Shown here piece by piece: positions 1 to 16,296 of a DNA stretch of 64,000 nt (the stretch's first letter is position 1; each line of letters begins with the position of its first letter). Origin of the DNA: the human T2T-CHM13v2.0 reference genome, Homo sapiens. The stretch lies in NCBI RefSeq assembly GCF_009914755.1, contig NC_060936.1; one strand, written 5' to 3'. Made by a program: the position numbers and the translations under genes. The notes under the pieces are model-generated. The model ran no database searches and had not been told where the DNA came from. It saw only the letters and a list, made by a program, of their open reading frames with translations.

Positions 1-749
1 CTGGAAAAGAAGTCAAAAAATTGCTTTGAAGAGTATATTTACTAGAGTTCAGTTTACTTAGGGAACTGTCGTGTTAACACCGAAGAATGCATTAGAATGC
101 ATCATTCTATGATACATTATCCGAGCTGAAGCTGAAACCTAGCCTTCTGCCGAGTGGTATTCCTGAAGCCAGTCACTCTTAGAAGTGATAATGTTTATTT
201 ACCAGAACTTTAAATGCTGATTGTGGTGTCTGTGTCTCCTGCCCAGGGGGAATGGCCCTTCTGTCCATGGAATGTGATAGCCCAGCAGGAGGTAAAAGCT
301 GCCCCTGGACAGAGTGAAGCATGCAGAGGGAGGCGGAGTGAATTACAGCTGTCTCTTTGGACCACCCGTCTTTTTGCCAATTAAATGTTTACATTATCTT
401 TTTGCTCAGATAGTTTTCACAAGTATATATTCATTAATACATGGGGCTTGTTCCAAATCGATCATGAAAATAAGTTTTTGCTGTTGGTATTTTTTGTTAA
501 AGTACATCTAACCCCAAAACTATTTGATGAGGGCAGTTTCCCTCAGGCTGTAAAATGAATTAAGGGAGCACTCTTCTCTGTAGTCATTTTCTTCCCGCGT
601 TGGTTCTAGGCTCAATCATTTAGATGTCTCTGGTATCTGCATAGTCTGGGAATTATACTTGAACTAGCCCGAAATTACTGCCCAGTAATCCTCTTTCTCA
701 CTCAAGAGATTTGTCAACATTCATCTAACCAGAGACTTAGCAAGACATA

Positions 750-915
750 GAGAATCATCTAGAAGAGCACTGACTCTGGAGCCAGAAAGACCTGGAGCCA
801 GACAGGCTCTGTCACTTACTAGTCTGAGTGATTTGGGGCAAGTTATTCAGCTTCTCCAAATATTAGTGACCCCTTGGGAGAAGATGATGGTGATACCTAT
901 CTTGTGGCGATGGCT
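750..915 (+). mobile_element. MIR SINE fragment
   Basis: MIR core-like ggctctgtcacttactagtctgagtgatttggggcaagttattcagcttctc. Confidence 0.7.
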
Positions 916-2309
916 TTAAGAGTAAAAGTGTTTCCTTTGTTTTCCTTTCTCCTTGTTTTAAAATGATAGGAGGAGGGAGCACACTTATTTCAAAACTCTC
1001 TGAACTGGAAGGGGCTGTGTTGGAAACTGTTTCTAAGCTTGGAATGGAGCATGTGTCATATTTGTCATACAGCGGAGAGGGAAATGACTTCTCTTATTTC
1101 TCTTCTCTGTTATCCACCCAATAGCTAGGAGATAAAACATAGGGCTGGCTAAGCCTAGGAGAAGCACAGCAGTATTAGGCTATGAGAACCTATTTTGCTT
1201 AACCTCTTTCCGGCAAAAGGTGGAGCCACTGACACCAAAAAAGGGCAAGCAGGATGTCCAGTACCTCTCTCCCTAACTTTTCAGACCCTTTGATGCCACA
1301 GAGGAAGACAGGCATATCGGCAACATGGCCTCCTCCTTCCATCTCCCTGATGGTTTTGTCTTCCCCATTAATACAAGCACAGTTCCTTTTAAATGAACAA
1401 AAAGTGAGACAAATACATCCCTAGAATCTGACAAGTATTTTTGGAATTCTGTGCTTTTATTTTCTCTTCTACCTATAAAGTACATGAATGGCAGGGCTGA
1501 ACTGTCTTCAGGAAAATCTGAAAGCCCGGAACTTATTAACATGCTTGACACCTGCCTCTATGAGGGACTTCTGAAGCCAGAGATATTCTTTGTAACTGAG
1601 GTCCATCTGTTGCACAGATTTTTAATTCAGATATTCTTCCTTCTCAAGCCAAGGCTGAGAGAGCAGCCAATTTTGTGGAAAGATTTCTTTAATAAGAAAT
1701 GAATAAAACTATCAATGCTAAATAAAATAGACCGCTGTGAAACTTGGGTTAAATCCCACAGGGAAGAGTATGTGAGATTAACTGCATTATATAACAAAAC
1801 CGCCTTTAATAGCTGGCACGATTCTTTTTGTTGTTCCAAGGGAGAAGCAGCCAAGACTAGAACCAAAGCACATGATATTATTTTAAAGTGCTGCAGCCTC
1901 TGGAATTTTTCCTCGGAGAGATGTCAGGATCCCAAGTCTTCCTGTGATTTATAGTTGTTTTAAACGTTTAATACTTTTTACATTTTCAAAGCTATATCCT
2001 CTGCTTCCAGCAGCCTAGGGGTGTGTTTCTGTTGCTTTGAAAGATGATTTCCAAATGGGAAGTTTTAAAACTGTGCAAAAAGGAGGTCTTACAGTACCGG
2101 GTGTTTGAGTGATTTTTAAATGGATGAAAGGGAGAAGGCTGTAAGGCAGGGCCCACGGAGTCTTTTTCTCAGCTCCTTATGATAACCCAACAGAGAAGTG
2201 GCTGGAGAGAACTTTCAGAGTATCACCATCTTCACACAGCAAACATCGCTGAACCAGACACTCCCAGACCTCAGCGAGCTCACTGTCAGGTATGGCTGGC
2301 AAGCAAGTG

Positions 2310-2389
2310 TTAGGTTGAGCCATGTGAAACTGCCATTGTTGTAGACCAGAAATGGTAGAATATTGGCAATTTCAAATGACTCAACCTAA
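2310..2389. mobile_element. MADE2-like mariner-derived MITE (80-bp palindrome)
   Basis: 26-bp terminal inverted repeats ttaggttgagccatgtgaaactgcca / tggcaatttcaaatgactcaacctaa (23/26 match). Confidence 0.85.
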
Positions 2390-2529
2390 TAATTAGATGA
2401 AAACTATCCACAGTGATCAAGACTGTGATGGCCATCCTGCAGTATTCTGGGAGAGTCTAGGGAACAGGACCTAACCCAGTGAAGTGGGGCCAGGGACAAG
2501 AAGGGGACAAAATAAACCCAAAAAAACCC

Positions 2530-4375
2530 CCAGCTTTATTGAGGTATAATTGACATACAGTAAACTGCACAAGTTCTTAGTATGTAATTTGATGTTTCCA
2601 CACACTTATACACCCATGAAACCATTGCCACAGTCAGAATGATGAACCTATCCAACACTCCTAAAAGTTTTCTCATGTCCCTCTATAATTCCTTCTTCCC
2701 ATCACCCCCATCTCCAGGCAAACACGGATCTGCCTTCTGTCATTATGTGTTGGTTTCATTTCCTAGAATTTCACGTAAATGGAGTTCTACGGCATTCTCT
2801 TTTGTCTGGCAACTTGCACTCCGCATAATTATTTTTAGATTTGTCCATGTTGAAGTGCATATTAATACTTTGTCCCTTTTTAATGTAGGACAGTATTTCA
2901 TTTTGCAGATATGCCATAGTTTGTTTATGCATTCACTTGTCGACAGACATTTGTTTCGTCGGCTATTACAAATAAAGCTGCTGGGAACATTCATTTACAA
3001 GTCTTTGCATGGACATGGGCTTTCTTTTCTCTTTATTAAACACCTAGAAGTGAAATGGCTAGACTATATGGTAGATGTATGTTTAACGTGTTAAGTGACT
3101 ACCAAATCATTTTCCAAAGTGTTTGTCCCATTTTATGATTCTATCAGCAGTGTATGAGAGTTCCGTTTCTTCCATATCTATGCCAACATTGTCTTCAGTC
3201 TTCTTTATTTTAACCAATTTTATTGTGGTAAGAACACTTAACATGAGATCTACACAATACAGTATTGTTAAGTATAGGTACAATGTTACAGATCCCTAGA
3301 AATTACTCATCTTGCATAAATGAAAGCATACCTGTTGAACAGCAACTCCTCATTTCCCCCTTCCCCCAGTAGTGGTTCCCTCCTGGCAACCACTATTCTC
3401 CGTTTCTATGAGTTTGACTATATTAGATACCTCAAATAAGTGGAATCATGTAGTATTTGTCTTTCTGTGACTGGCAAGCATTCTAATTTGAGTAGAGTGG
3501 TATTGCATTGTGATTTTAATTTACATTTCTCTAGTGAGTGATGTTGAGTGTCTTTTTAAGTATTTATTTGCCATCCATGTATCTTCTTAGCTGAAGTGTC
3601 TGTCCAAATCTTTGCCCATTTAAAAAATTGGGTTATTTTTGTTAAGCTTTGAGAATTATTTGTATATATATATGTATACAAGTCCTTTACAAGATATGAT
3701 TTGCAAATATTTTTTCCTAGTCAGTGGTTTGTCTTTTAATTTTCTAAACAGTGTCTTTCAAATAGCAGAAGTTTTAAATTTTGATGACATCCAGCTTATC
3801 AATTTATTCTTTTATGGATCATGCTTTTAGTATGGTGCCATTTTAAAGAAGTCTTTGCCTAAGCTAAGCAAATAATTCATCTATGTTTTCTTCCAGACGT
3901 TCCATAGTTTTAGGTTTTCCATTTGGGTCTATGATCCATGTTGAATTAATTTTTGTGTATGATATGGGGTATGCCTTAAATTCTTGTGTATGTCTGCATG
4001 TGTGTATGCACATGTGTGCTTGTGCGTATGGAGAGTCAGTTGTTTTAGCATCACTTGTTGAAGAAACTATCCTTTCTCCATTGAACTGCCTTTGCACCTT
4101 TGTCAAAAGGTTTCCACATGGGTGTAAATCTATTTCTGAACTTTCTCCTGTTTTATTGATCTATTTGTCTACCTTTTCACTAATACCCACTGTCAATTTC
4201 TATAGCTTTAGGATGTCTTAAAATCAGGGAGTGTAATTATTCCAGCTGCATTCTTTTTCAAAATTATTTTGGCTCTTCTAAGGTCTTCACATTTCTTTAT
4301 AAATTTTAGAATCAGCTTTTCAATTTCTATTTTTAAAAATATGTTTGGATTTTGATTGGAAGTCATTTTGATCGG
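2530..4375 (-). mobile_element. Old L1M 3' portion, with a nested L1 3'-end fragment at ~3205-3475
   Basis: Typical antisense L1 3' end cagctttattgaggtataattgacatacag; minus-strand ORFs resemble ORF2 C-terminus (IEKLILKFI..RRAKIILKKN..GIITLPDFK; QRQFNGERIVSSTS). Confidence 0.85.
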
Positions 4376-4949
4376 GAGTGATTGAGCTTTCCAGGGGGAT
4401 GTGTTCATGGGAGGAAACACATTTTTATATGTGAACAACTGGCATTTTAAGACCCATACAGCATTTAAAAAATTTTCCACAGCCTTGCTCCGAAGTTTAT
4501 TGAAAACCCATCTGTGAAAAATAGTGTTATTTGATGCCAAAGGATACAAGGAAAAATAAAATGTTCTAATTCTGGTCCTTATTTCCTATGATTTCACCTT
4601 TTTTTTTTTTTCAATGTCATTCCAGAGAGAGGAAAGACAGTTATCTCAGGCAGTCTTTTACCCCTGGGAAAAGACCACAGACACATGGGAGGGTTTGTGC
4701 TGCCTTGAGTGAAAAGAGTCTGTTTTGTTATGCTCTCCTTCCCCCAGCTGGCTGGAGGCTCATCCACCAAGCTTTAGACTATTATGCTGTGTAGGATTTT
4801 CTACCATTATCTGGTACAGGAGGCAGAAATCAAACCCCTATAAGGCTTGCAAGTTCCTGGACCCGGGAGATCAGCTCAGTGACTGGGCTTTCTCATGCGT
4901 GGTAGGAGAGTGGATGCTGGGGGTAGCCAGGATGAGGATGGCTCTGGTG

Positions 4950-5095
4950 AGCTGACAAGCAAAGCTACAAATCTGGAATTTTGTGAAACCTCTCAATTTT
5001 TAAATGCTCTTTCTGTAGTTTTTTGAACTGGACAGGCCAAATGAAACACATCTACGGGCCAAATTCAGTCCATTGCTACCACTGTGCAGCCTCTG
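4950..5095. mobile_element. hAT-Charlie MITE fragment
   Basis: Charlie-type terminus ggccaaatgaaacacatctacgggccaaattcagtcc...cagcctctg. Confidence 0.55.
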
Positions 5096-5149
5096 ATGGA
5101 TGGGCTCTTTTATTTGCTTTTAGGGTCAGCTCTTTCATCAGCTCCCTAA

Positions 5150-5497
<348 letters not shown>

Positions 5498-6550
5498 TGA
5501 TGTGCCAGGAAATGCTGGGTGCACAGGAAATTGACCAGTGGTGGGGAGAGCCTGCCACGGGTTCTAGAGGCTCCTGCTTCAATGTGGAGCTCAGGCGTGG
5601 CAGAGAGAGGCATCCCAGTGCCACCACCTACTCTCACCTGAATCTGCCCCTTCCTCGAATCTTCGCTGTCACTTATTTCAGGCCCTCCAAGAAGAGGATG
5701 GCTGATTTACGCTTGGAAGGCTCCCAGAAAGCTTCTTCGAAGAGATGACATGTGAGCTAATTATTGAATGTAGAGTAAGAATTAGCCAGCTGAATCTGCT
5801 CTAGAACAGTGTTGGTCAAACCTTGCTACCTGTTAGTGGAACATGAAATCAATTTAAAATAAAAGAAGGTAGCAGGTAGTGAAGGTAAGTATTTTTTGTT
5901 TTGTTAAACTTTTTTTCAGTCTCTCTCACACACACATGCACCTGCTTCTTTTAAAGGAAACTTTTAAAAGAAAATTTTGGTTAAACATATATAAAAACAG
6001 AATCTGGAAAACTGTTTGATTTTGAGAATGTTAACAAGGAGATTAAAAGAATATTTATTAAGGATAAGCCTATGTTATTTCTGCAGTCCTTTATAAATAT
6101 GCCCCTTCACCTGCTTATTTGCAACACTAAGTAGGTACTGAACTAAGTAGGTACTGAATACTTGCTAGGATAATCATCTGCAAATCACTCTATTACTGAC
6201 TGAGCTCCACAGTAATCATGAGACTAAGCAAGTGACTTTAATTCTCTTGACTTTATCTCCTTCATTGAAATAAGTGAGTTGGTCTAGAAAAGGTCGTGTT
6301 GAAGCCTAAGTTTCACAGAGATGCTTTAGACAATCCCCAAACAATTTACAGAAATAGCTAAATTTGCCCATTTCTGTATCGTTAGCACCTAAAATGTACT
6401 TGGCAATATAGCAGGCCTCAATTAATATTTGCTAAATCAATATGTCTGTCTTCAGGGTGCCATTGTATTTTATGTGAGATTGGGCATATTTGAATTCACT
6501 AATAAAATTCTTCACTGAATTCTCACTTTAGGCACAAAATTTGAAACATT

Positions 6551-6847
6551 GCCAGGCACATTAACCTGTGCCTGGAGTCCCAGCTAATCAGGAGGCTGAG
6601 GCAGGAGGGTCACCTGAGTCTAGGACTTCTGGGCTGTAGTGCACTATGCAGATGGGTGTCTGCACTAAGTTCAGCATCAATATGGTGACCTCCTGGGAGC
6701 AGGGTCCACCAGGTTGCCTAAGGAGGAGTGGACCACCCCAGGCCAGAAAAGGAGCAGGTCAAAACTCCTGTGCTGATCAGTAGTGGGATTGTACCTGTGA
6801 ACAGCCACTGCACTCTGGCCTGGGCAACATAGCAAGACCATGTCTCT
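6551..6847 (+). pseudogene. Full-length 7SL (SRP RNA) retropseudogene
   Basis: Alu-like ends enclosing the S domain (tgcactaagttcagcatcaatatggtgacctcctgggagc...ggagcaggtcaaaactcctgtgctgatcagtagtgggatt); probable TSD atttgaaa(c/t)att at 6539-6550 and 6878-6889. Confidence 0.93.
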
Positions 6848-8806
6848 GAAGAATGAAATTTTTTAATAATTTTTTTTATTTGAAATATTGCAAATCCTAG
6901 AAAATTAAAAACATATCAAGAATCACACAATTTCAAAGCCAAATGGGATTCCCATCTGTGAATCTGCATGGCAGCACCTCCTGTGCTTCGTCAGGTTAGT
7001 TTTGCATTATGTGCAGCTGCACGGGGAATGCAGCTGCTACCCAAAATGCAACTGCTCCACAAGTGTTTTAAATTACTCTCTTAAACGATACTTCTTGGGA
7101 TCTGCTTCCTACCAGACATTGTGCTAGGGGCTAGCTGTGAACAAGAAAGATACAGCTCTCATCTTCCTTTAACTCTTAGTTCACTGCGGTATATGCCACA
7201 TGCTTTCATGCTGAGTTAATACCTGCTTGCAGGTTCGCGTCTTTGGGTAGACCCTGTGATCAGGCTTTGCCTGCATCTGTCTGTATCACGTGCAGTCAGG
7301 TCACTGATTTGGAAGTGGTCTGTTTGATTGATGTGGATTCTGTGAGACAGTCATCTTCCTTGTTCCTGATTCCAAACTTGTGTGTTAATGGAACCAAGTT
7401 TGCTGTCAAGTTTTTGGTTGGTTTTGGGTTTTTTGCTAGGGTGATAGTGTATTTGCAGTCAGTGAAAACATCTGAACCTTTCCTTCTGAACAGCATTATA
7501 GCCAGGTTGAAAACATTCTATACATTTATGATTGATTTTTTTTAACTTGATGATATCACATTTATCCCATGACAAATCTTGTTAGGATCATTCCATCAAT
7601 CTAATGAAGTTATTTTGATTCTTAATATGTCAATCACCATATCACTGCCCCTTATAGCTTTGGGAAGACAGCAAATTTAAAAGCCTGCCTTCTCTCTCTC
7701 TTCCTAGGATGCTAATAAGAGAACTGAAAGTTTCATTTATAAGATTGTTGTTGAGTCACAGCTTTGAAGGATTTTGCTTGGTAAATTTGCTTGACATCCA
7801 GACTTTTTTCATTTCTTTGGTCTTACTGCCAAGCCACTCAACACAGCTGAACTCCATGAAAGAAATATGCTTTTGATGCCTGAAGTCAGCTGCCTTCTTA
7901 GCGTTACTGATAATCTTACCCTTCTTCTAGGCAGGTTTGGCATTAATAAGGAAAACATAAGTCCATCAGAATTGTTATTTTATAGTTTATAATATGCAAT
8001 TGAAGCTTCTTAATCTTTCTCTATACTCTATTACTTAGTAAACAGCAGCAAAGATAATATCAAGGAACCATAGGCCACCTTGTTTTCTTCAGCTTTAATA
8101 TCTGTTTACATATTTATATATTTGATATTGAAGATGAAACTAAAGTTATAAGTATTTTTAAACAATTTTGAAAATTTTGGAGAACAATCATCAGTAGGAA
8201 ATAATTACGTGATTAAGGAGTTCATTTTCCCTATTTAGAAAAGGGAGAAGACTGAAGAATGCAAAATATTATGTTCACATATACGACTTCTATATAAAGG
8301 AATCTTAAATGTCTTTTGCTAATAACCTGTGAAGAAGCAGTGTTGTCATTAATGTTGAACTTACAATAGTTATCTGAGCATTTTGGTAAACAGACAAGGC
8401 ACTTGGAATTTTGTCTCTCAACATCTGTACTCTGCTTTTAACTTCAAAAGGTAGTTTTGAAGTACATGTAATTTTTGCCATCTGCCACTGAATTTGTGAT
8501 TTAGAAATATTAGAAGCAGGGCCACATTATGACTTTCTTGGGCTGCAGGCTCTTTTGCCTTTGTGGCAAAACTTCTCATGACTTTATTGTGTTACACAAA
8601 TGCTAAGTGTTCATTATAAGGAATCCAAGGGATGTAGAAAAGTAAAAAGAAACAAATCATAAATTCTATCATTTAAAAATAAGCCTCATTAATATTAAGG
8701 AAACGTTGTGTTAGATACCACCCTAAGCATGTTTGCAGATGGGAAGATAGATGGATGGAGAGATAGATATGCTTTCAAAGAAGAGTGATCATATGATACA
8801 GGCTAA

Positions 8807-9110
<304 letters not shown>

Positions 9111-9319
9111 TATACACACTAATTTTTAAATGTAAAAACCATTACACTTAATTTTACCTGATTTTAACTGGAGAAAACTAAGTGAGAATTAAGGAATTAC
9201 TGAACTTTGAACAAACATTTTTTCACATAAAAATGTTATTTTTTCCCCCTCTATGGTTAAGTAAAGAGATAAGAACTTGCTGGTTTTCATTTTGTGTTTT
9301 TTTTTTCCAATTATGTTTT

Positions 9320-9720
9320 TGTGGTAGGCACTGTTGCTGTTCACCCAGTTTTCTTCCTCTTCTGGGATATAGGAGAATCATATTTGCTCAGTCTCTTCAA
9401 GTTAGATGTGACCTTGTGGCTTGCTTTAGTCACACAACATGAGCAGAAACGACCATTATGGATGAATGCATTTAATTACCGGGTCTCCAGTCTCACCCTT
9501 TCTTCTATCACCTTGGTGAGCCTGGGTGCTCATGTTAATGTGGTGGGCGCATAAGATCAACACAGCACAGAGTGCAGAGCCGGCACGTGAAAGGCACAGC
9601 CCTTACCCCCATGGGCCTGCAGTGCAGGGAGTATGAGCATGAAATGAACTCTTGATCGGTTAGGTCACTGAGACTTGGGACTTGTTTTTAACCATAGATT
9701 ACTTAGGTTATCCTGATGCT
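9320..9720 (+). mobile_element. MLT1-family MaLR LTR
   Basis: Starts tgtggtaggc; MLT1-like aagttagatgtgaccttgtggcttgcttt and cactgagacttgggacttgtt. Confidence 0.65.
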
Positions 9721-9729
9721 ATCATTTTC

Positions 9730-11800
<2,071 letters not shown>

Positions 11801-12189
11801 TTTTTTGATGGGCTTCATTTTTATTTTATTACCTTTTCTTCATTCCCTTAGGTGTTAGGGGATGGAGACTCTGGGGTCAGGCCTCACTCTGCCATATTTA
11901 CCCAGAAGCCTTCTTGGGGCTTGCCTGTCTTTCTCTTTTCAAATGAAACATGGATGTGGGAAAGGGGAGTTCATTGTAGCCCAGTTTGGCATAAAAAGAG
12001 GTAACAGCCCACATCTAACCTTGACAATATTTTACCATTATGGAGTTTCCTCTCTTTTTAATTTTCTGTTCACCCTCAGATTATGCAATGTAATTTCTCT
12101 GGTTTTAAATACAAAGTAAATTAAAAGTAGAAGCACTTGGTAATACTGTAGCTATAGAGAATAAAGCTAAGTGAGTATGTTATCATTGT

Positions 12190-12630
12190 AATGAATCATT
12201 CCTTTTCATTCATTCACTCATCCAGCAAATATGTAGTGAGTGCCTACTATGTGCAAGGCACTACCCTGGGTGCCTGGAGTACATCACTGAGCAGGATGGA
12301 CAAAGCTCCCCTGCCTGCGAGACACTTACATTCCAGCAGGCATGAGTGTGTAGGGTTGGGGGCAGGCAGCGACAGTAAATACAGCACATCTATAAAATAT
12401 ATCACACGTTACAAGGTGATTTATGGACAAAGGGAATGACAGTGGAATGGGAGTTGCAGTTTGGAATAGGGCAGTCAGGGCAGCTGCCCTGAGAAGTTAT
12501 ATTTGGTGAAGGGGTCAGTGAAAGAGTGTCCCAGGGAAAGGGAACAGCTCGTGCAAGGCTCTCTGGTTCGCAGCTGGCTGCTGTGTTCAAGGAACCGGAT
12601 GAATGACAAATTGGTGGAGCTGTGTCTGGT
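12190..12630 (-). mobile_element. L2 LINE 3' fragment
   Basis: cattcattcactcatccagcaaatatgtagtgagtgcctactatgtgcaaggcact, a typical L2 end. Confidence 0.75.
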
Positions 12631-12719
12631 CCATGTGAGAGAAATGAATGGCCCAGCAAACTGTAACATTAATTGTTTTTACTGTTTTGAAAATTTACTG
12701 TACCAGATATTCATTTCAC

Positions 12720-13033
12720 GTTTTTGTTTGTTTGTTTGTTTGTTTTTGTTTTTTTTTTTAGAGGGAGTCTCGCTGTGTCGCGCAGACTGGAGTGCAGTGG
12801 TGCGATCTGCACACTGCAACCTCCACCTCCTGAGATCAAGCAATTCTCCTGCCTCAACCTCACGGGTAGCTGGGATTACAGACGTGCATCACCACGCCCA
12901 GCTAATTTTTGTATTTTTAATAGAGACAGGGTTTCACCATGTTGGCCAGGTTGGTCTCAAACTCCCGACCTCAGGTGATCCACCCGCCTCGGCCTCCCAA
13001 AGTGCTGGGATTACAGGCATGAGCCACCGGGCG
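12720..13033 (-). mobile_element. Alu (AluS-like) with (TTTG)n tail
   Basis: Antisense Alu dimer. Confidence 0.95.
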
Positions 13034-14231
13034 GTTTCCATGTGTGATCTTTAAAAGGCAGAAACAAATAAGCAAAAATCATTACTAAAGGCCCACGAGG
13101 GTTGTTTCTATCTTAGAAAATGTGTAAAGAAAAGTGATACAACAATAAATGGTTTGATTTAATGAGAAGTCAAAAATCATAAGATCTGTTGAAAATAACA
13201 AAATCACTTCTAAAAAAGATAATATGTTTTATTGAAATAAAGCCTTAGAAGTCATCTGGTTTTACCTTTTACAAAGAAGAAAGCAGTCTAAGAGAGGCCA
13301 AATGACTTATCCCAAGCTATACGGCTAGGTAGTAGCAGATTCAAATTTATACTACCCAGGCTTCCTAATTCTTAGCCCAGAGCTGTGTCCACCCTACCAC
13401 CCACCTTTTAATTCAGTGCGAGCTCAATTATTGCTAACAGTTTTATTGTTGACCTTCCATGGACTCGATAGTCAAATCAAGTCTTCCATTACAATAAATG
13501 GGATTTATTTGTATTTTGCAACATAACCTTGTTCTTTGGAGTGGGTTTCACTTAATCATCCTGGAAATCGGTTTTAGAAAGACTAAACATGATTTCTCCA
13601 TCTCTCTGTGAGGACCAAATTGTTCTCTGTGATTATCTATCAGAACAAGCAGAACAAGGGGTTCTAATTAGCTTTCCTTTTGAGGTTTTTTTTTTTTTTT
13701 TTTTTCTTTTTCCAGGCAGTCAGTCTCTCAGCCAAAGGGATTTTTCTGCAGAGCCTTTGTACTCAGGGACCAGGGTTAATTCATGAGTCCTGGGAGGTGG
13801 CTGATCAGGTTAGTTTTTCCAGCCTGGAACAGCCCCGCCCTACCCCTGACCTCCTCCACTCCACCACTCTACTCACTCCACTCACTCCACTCACATTAGC
13901 TACAGAGAAACTGAATGTTGTCAGCCCCAGGGGTACCGTGAGACAGCTGGGTTCAGAGTGACTCTTGACCTTCCCTCTCTCACTCTCTCCCTCCCTCCTT
14001 CCTTCCCTTCCTCCCTTGCTTCTCTCTTTCTCTCTTTTTTTTTTTTTTCCTTTGCGCTCATCAGTTTATGGTCTACTTCACTAATTGGTCTGTGAAAAGC
14101 TTCTTCCTTTTCCATTCATATACTCACTCTTGTTCCCCCTCCCTCTCATAGATAAGGATAACTATTCTGACTGATATGTATTCCTTTATTTGTGTGTGTT
14201 TTTGTAAGTGGTGTTTTGGACATACATTCTT

Positions 14232-14543
14232 TTTTGTTTTTTGAGACAGAGTCTGGCTCTTTCACCCAAGCTGAAGTTCGATCAGTGACACAATCAGGGT
14301 TCACTGCAGCCTTGACCTCCCTGGCTCAGGTGATCTTCCCACCTCAGCCTCCCCACCGAGCACCTGGGACTACAGGTGTGCACCACCACACCTGGCTAAT
14401 TTTTTGTATTAATTTTTTTTTTTGTAGAGATGGAGTTTTGCCACATTTCCCAGGCTAGCCTTGAACTCCTGAGCTCAAACGATCCACCCGCCTCGACCTC
14501 CCAAAGTGTTGGGATTACAGGCGTGATCCATGGGTGCCCGGCC
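14232..14543 (-). mobile_element. Alu (AluJ-like)
   Basis: Antisense Alu; TSD tggacata(c/t)attctt at 14217-14231 and 14544-14558. Confidence 0.95.
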
Positions 14544-16022
14544 TGGACATATATTCTTAATTTGCATTTGTATAGACCTGATTCTTTTCCTTACATTTTT
14601 TGCTCTCCACTGCATTTAGTCCATCCCCTCTAACTCTGCCAGTATTCCCTATGTGCTGTTTTGTATTTCTATATCTCTTCCCCCAGCAATGAGCTTTTAG
14701 ATTGCTTCCAACTCCTTTCTTCCGACAGTATTACCTCATATAAACAACCTCATAGTGACCCCTCATGGATCTGTGTAGGAATTTTCCTGAGATGGAGATA
14801 TCTATACCTATATCTATATCTCCCAAAAGAGGGTTTCTGGATTATAAGATATACGTGTATTTGCTAGCACAAATAACGAAGCTTTACACAAACAACCTAA
14901 TACATGTCCCTTACAGGTCTTTTTTAGAACTTTTCTTGGGTACGTCTAACAGAACAAGATTGGAAAGTACATTCAATTTTACCCACACTGCCAACTTGCT
15001 GGCCAGTACGACTGTCCGATCTTTATTTCCATTGGCGGTGAACAACGTTCTCTACATCACGTCCCAGCCTAAGCTTGGTATTGTCTAGATTTCTATACAT
15101 ATAAAGTGCTTTATCATTGTTGTTTACATTTGTTTCTTAAATTTCTGCATTTGAGCATCTCTTTATGTGCTCGCTTTTGTGTTTCCTCTAATTCGAATCA
15201 CCTGTTCATACCTTTGTTCTGTTTCCTGTGGAGGTTCTTACCTTTGCTGTTGGTTTTCAGAAACACCTTACCCAGCCTAGATAGTGTTTCCCTTATTGGT
15301 CTTAGACATTAGCCTTGGTCTTAGACATCAGCTTGGATCACGTCTCCTTCATTGAGCAGAAATCCGTAATTTTGATATAAAAAATTTACCTTTGGGAGAT
15401 TAATTTTAAAAACCACTTCTGACCACAGGCCATAAAGATACTCCTGTCTTATTTTCCATGAACTTTATAGTTTTACCTTTTACCTTTGGGACTTTATCTC
15501 CATGGGATCCACCACTGTTCATGGTGTGATGCTCTAGGCCAGTTTTCTTTTCCTCTGTAATTAGCTAGTTCTCCTCAGTTTGGGGAAAGCCTCTTCTTTC
15601 CCCATTATGGAATTTTAATTGTCACAATAGGAATTGGCATCTTTATATTATAACAATGTCATCCCATCTAGCACAACAGTGACTCTCCTTTTAGTCAGAT
15701 CTTGCTTTATGTCTTTTAATAAAGGCTTAAAATTTTCCCCATAAAGGTCTTATACAGTCTTTATTAACTTCATAGATCCTTTATCCTTCTCATTGCTTAT
15801 TGTATTTTTATTATGTTTTGTATTTGATTATTGTAAGAGTGTTGAAATGCTGCTTTGTAGTTTTTTGCTTTAAGTTGATCTTGTATCTGGCAATTTTGCT
15901 CAGTCCTCTTACTCTAATAGATTATCTGCTAATCCTGATATTTTTCTATGTATTAGGTCATATTGTCTGAAAATAATGTTAGTTTTATCTCTTCCCTAGA
16001 AATGCTTATTATTTATAACTAA

Positions 16023-16296
<274 letters not shown>

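Noticed and set aside
2310-2389. 80-nt hairpin as a novel miRNA precursor
   Set aside because: Fully explained by MADE2 terminal inverted repeats.
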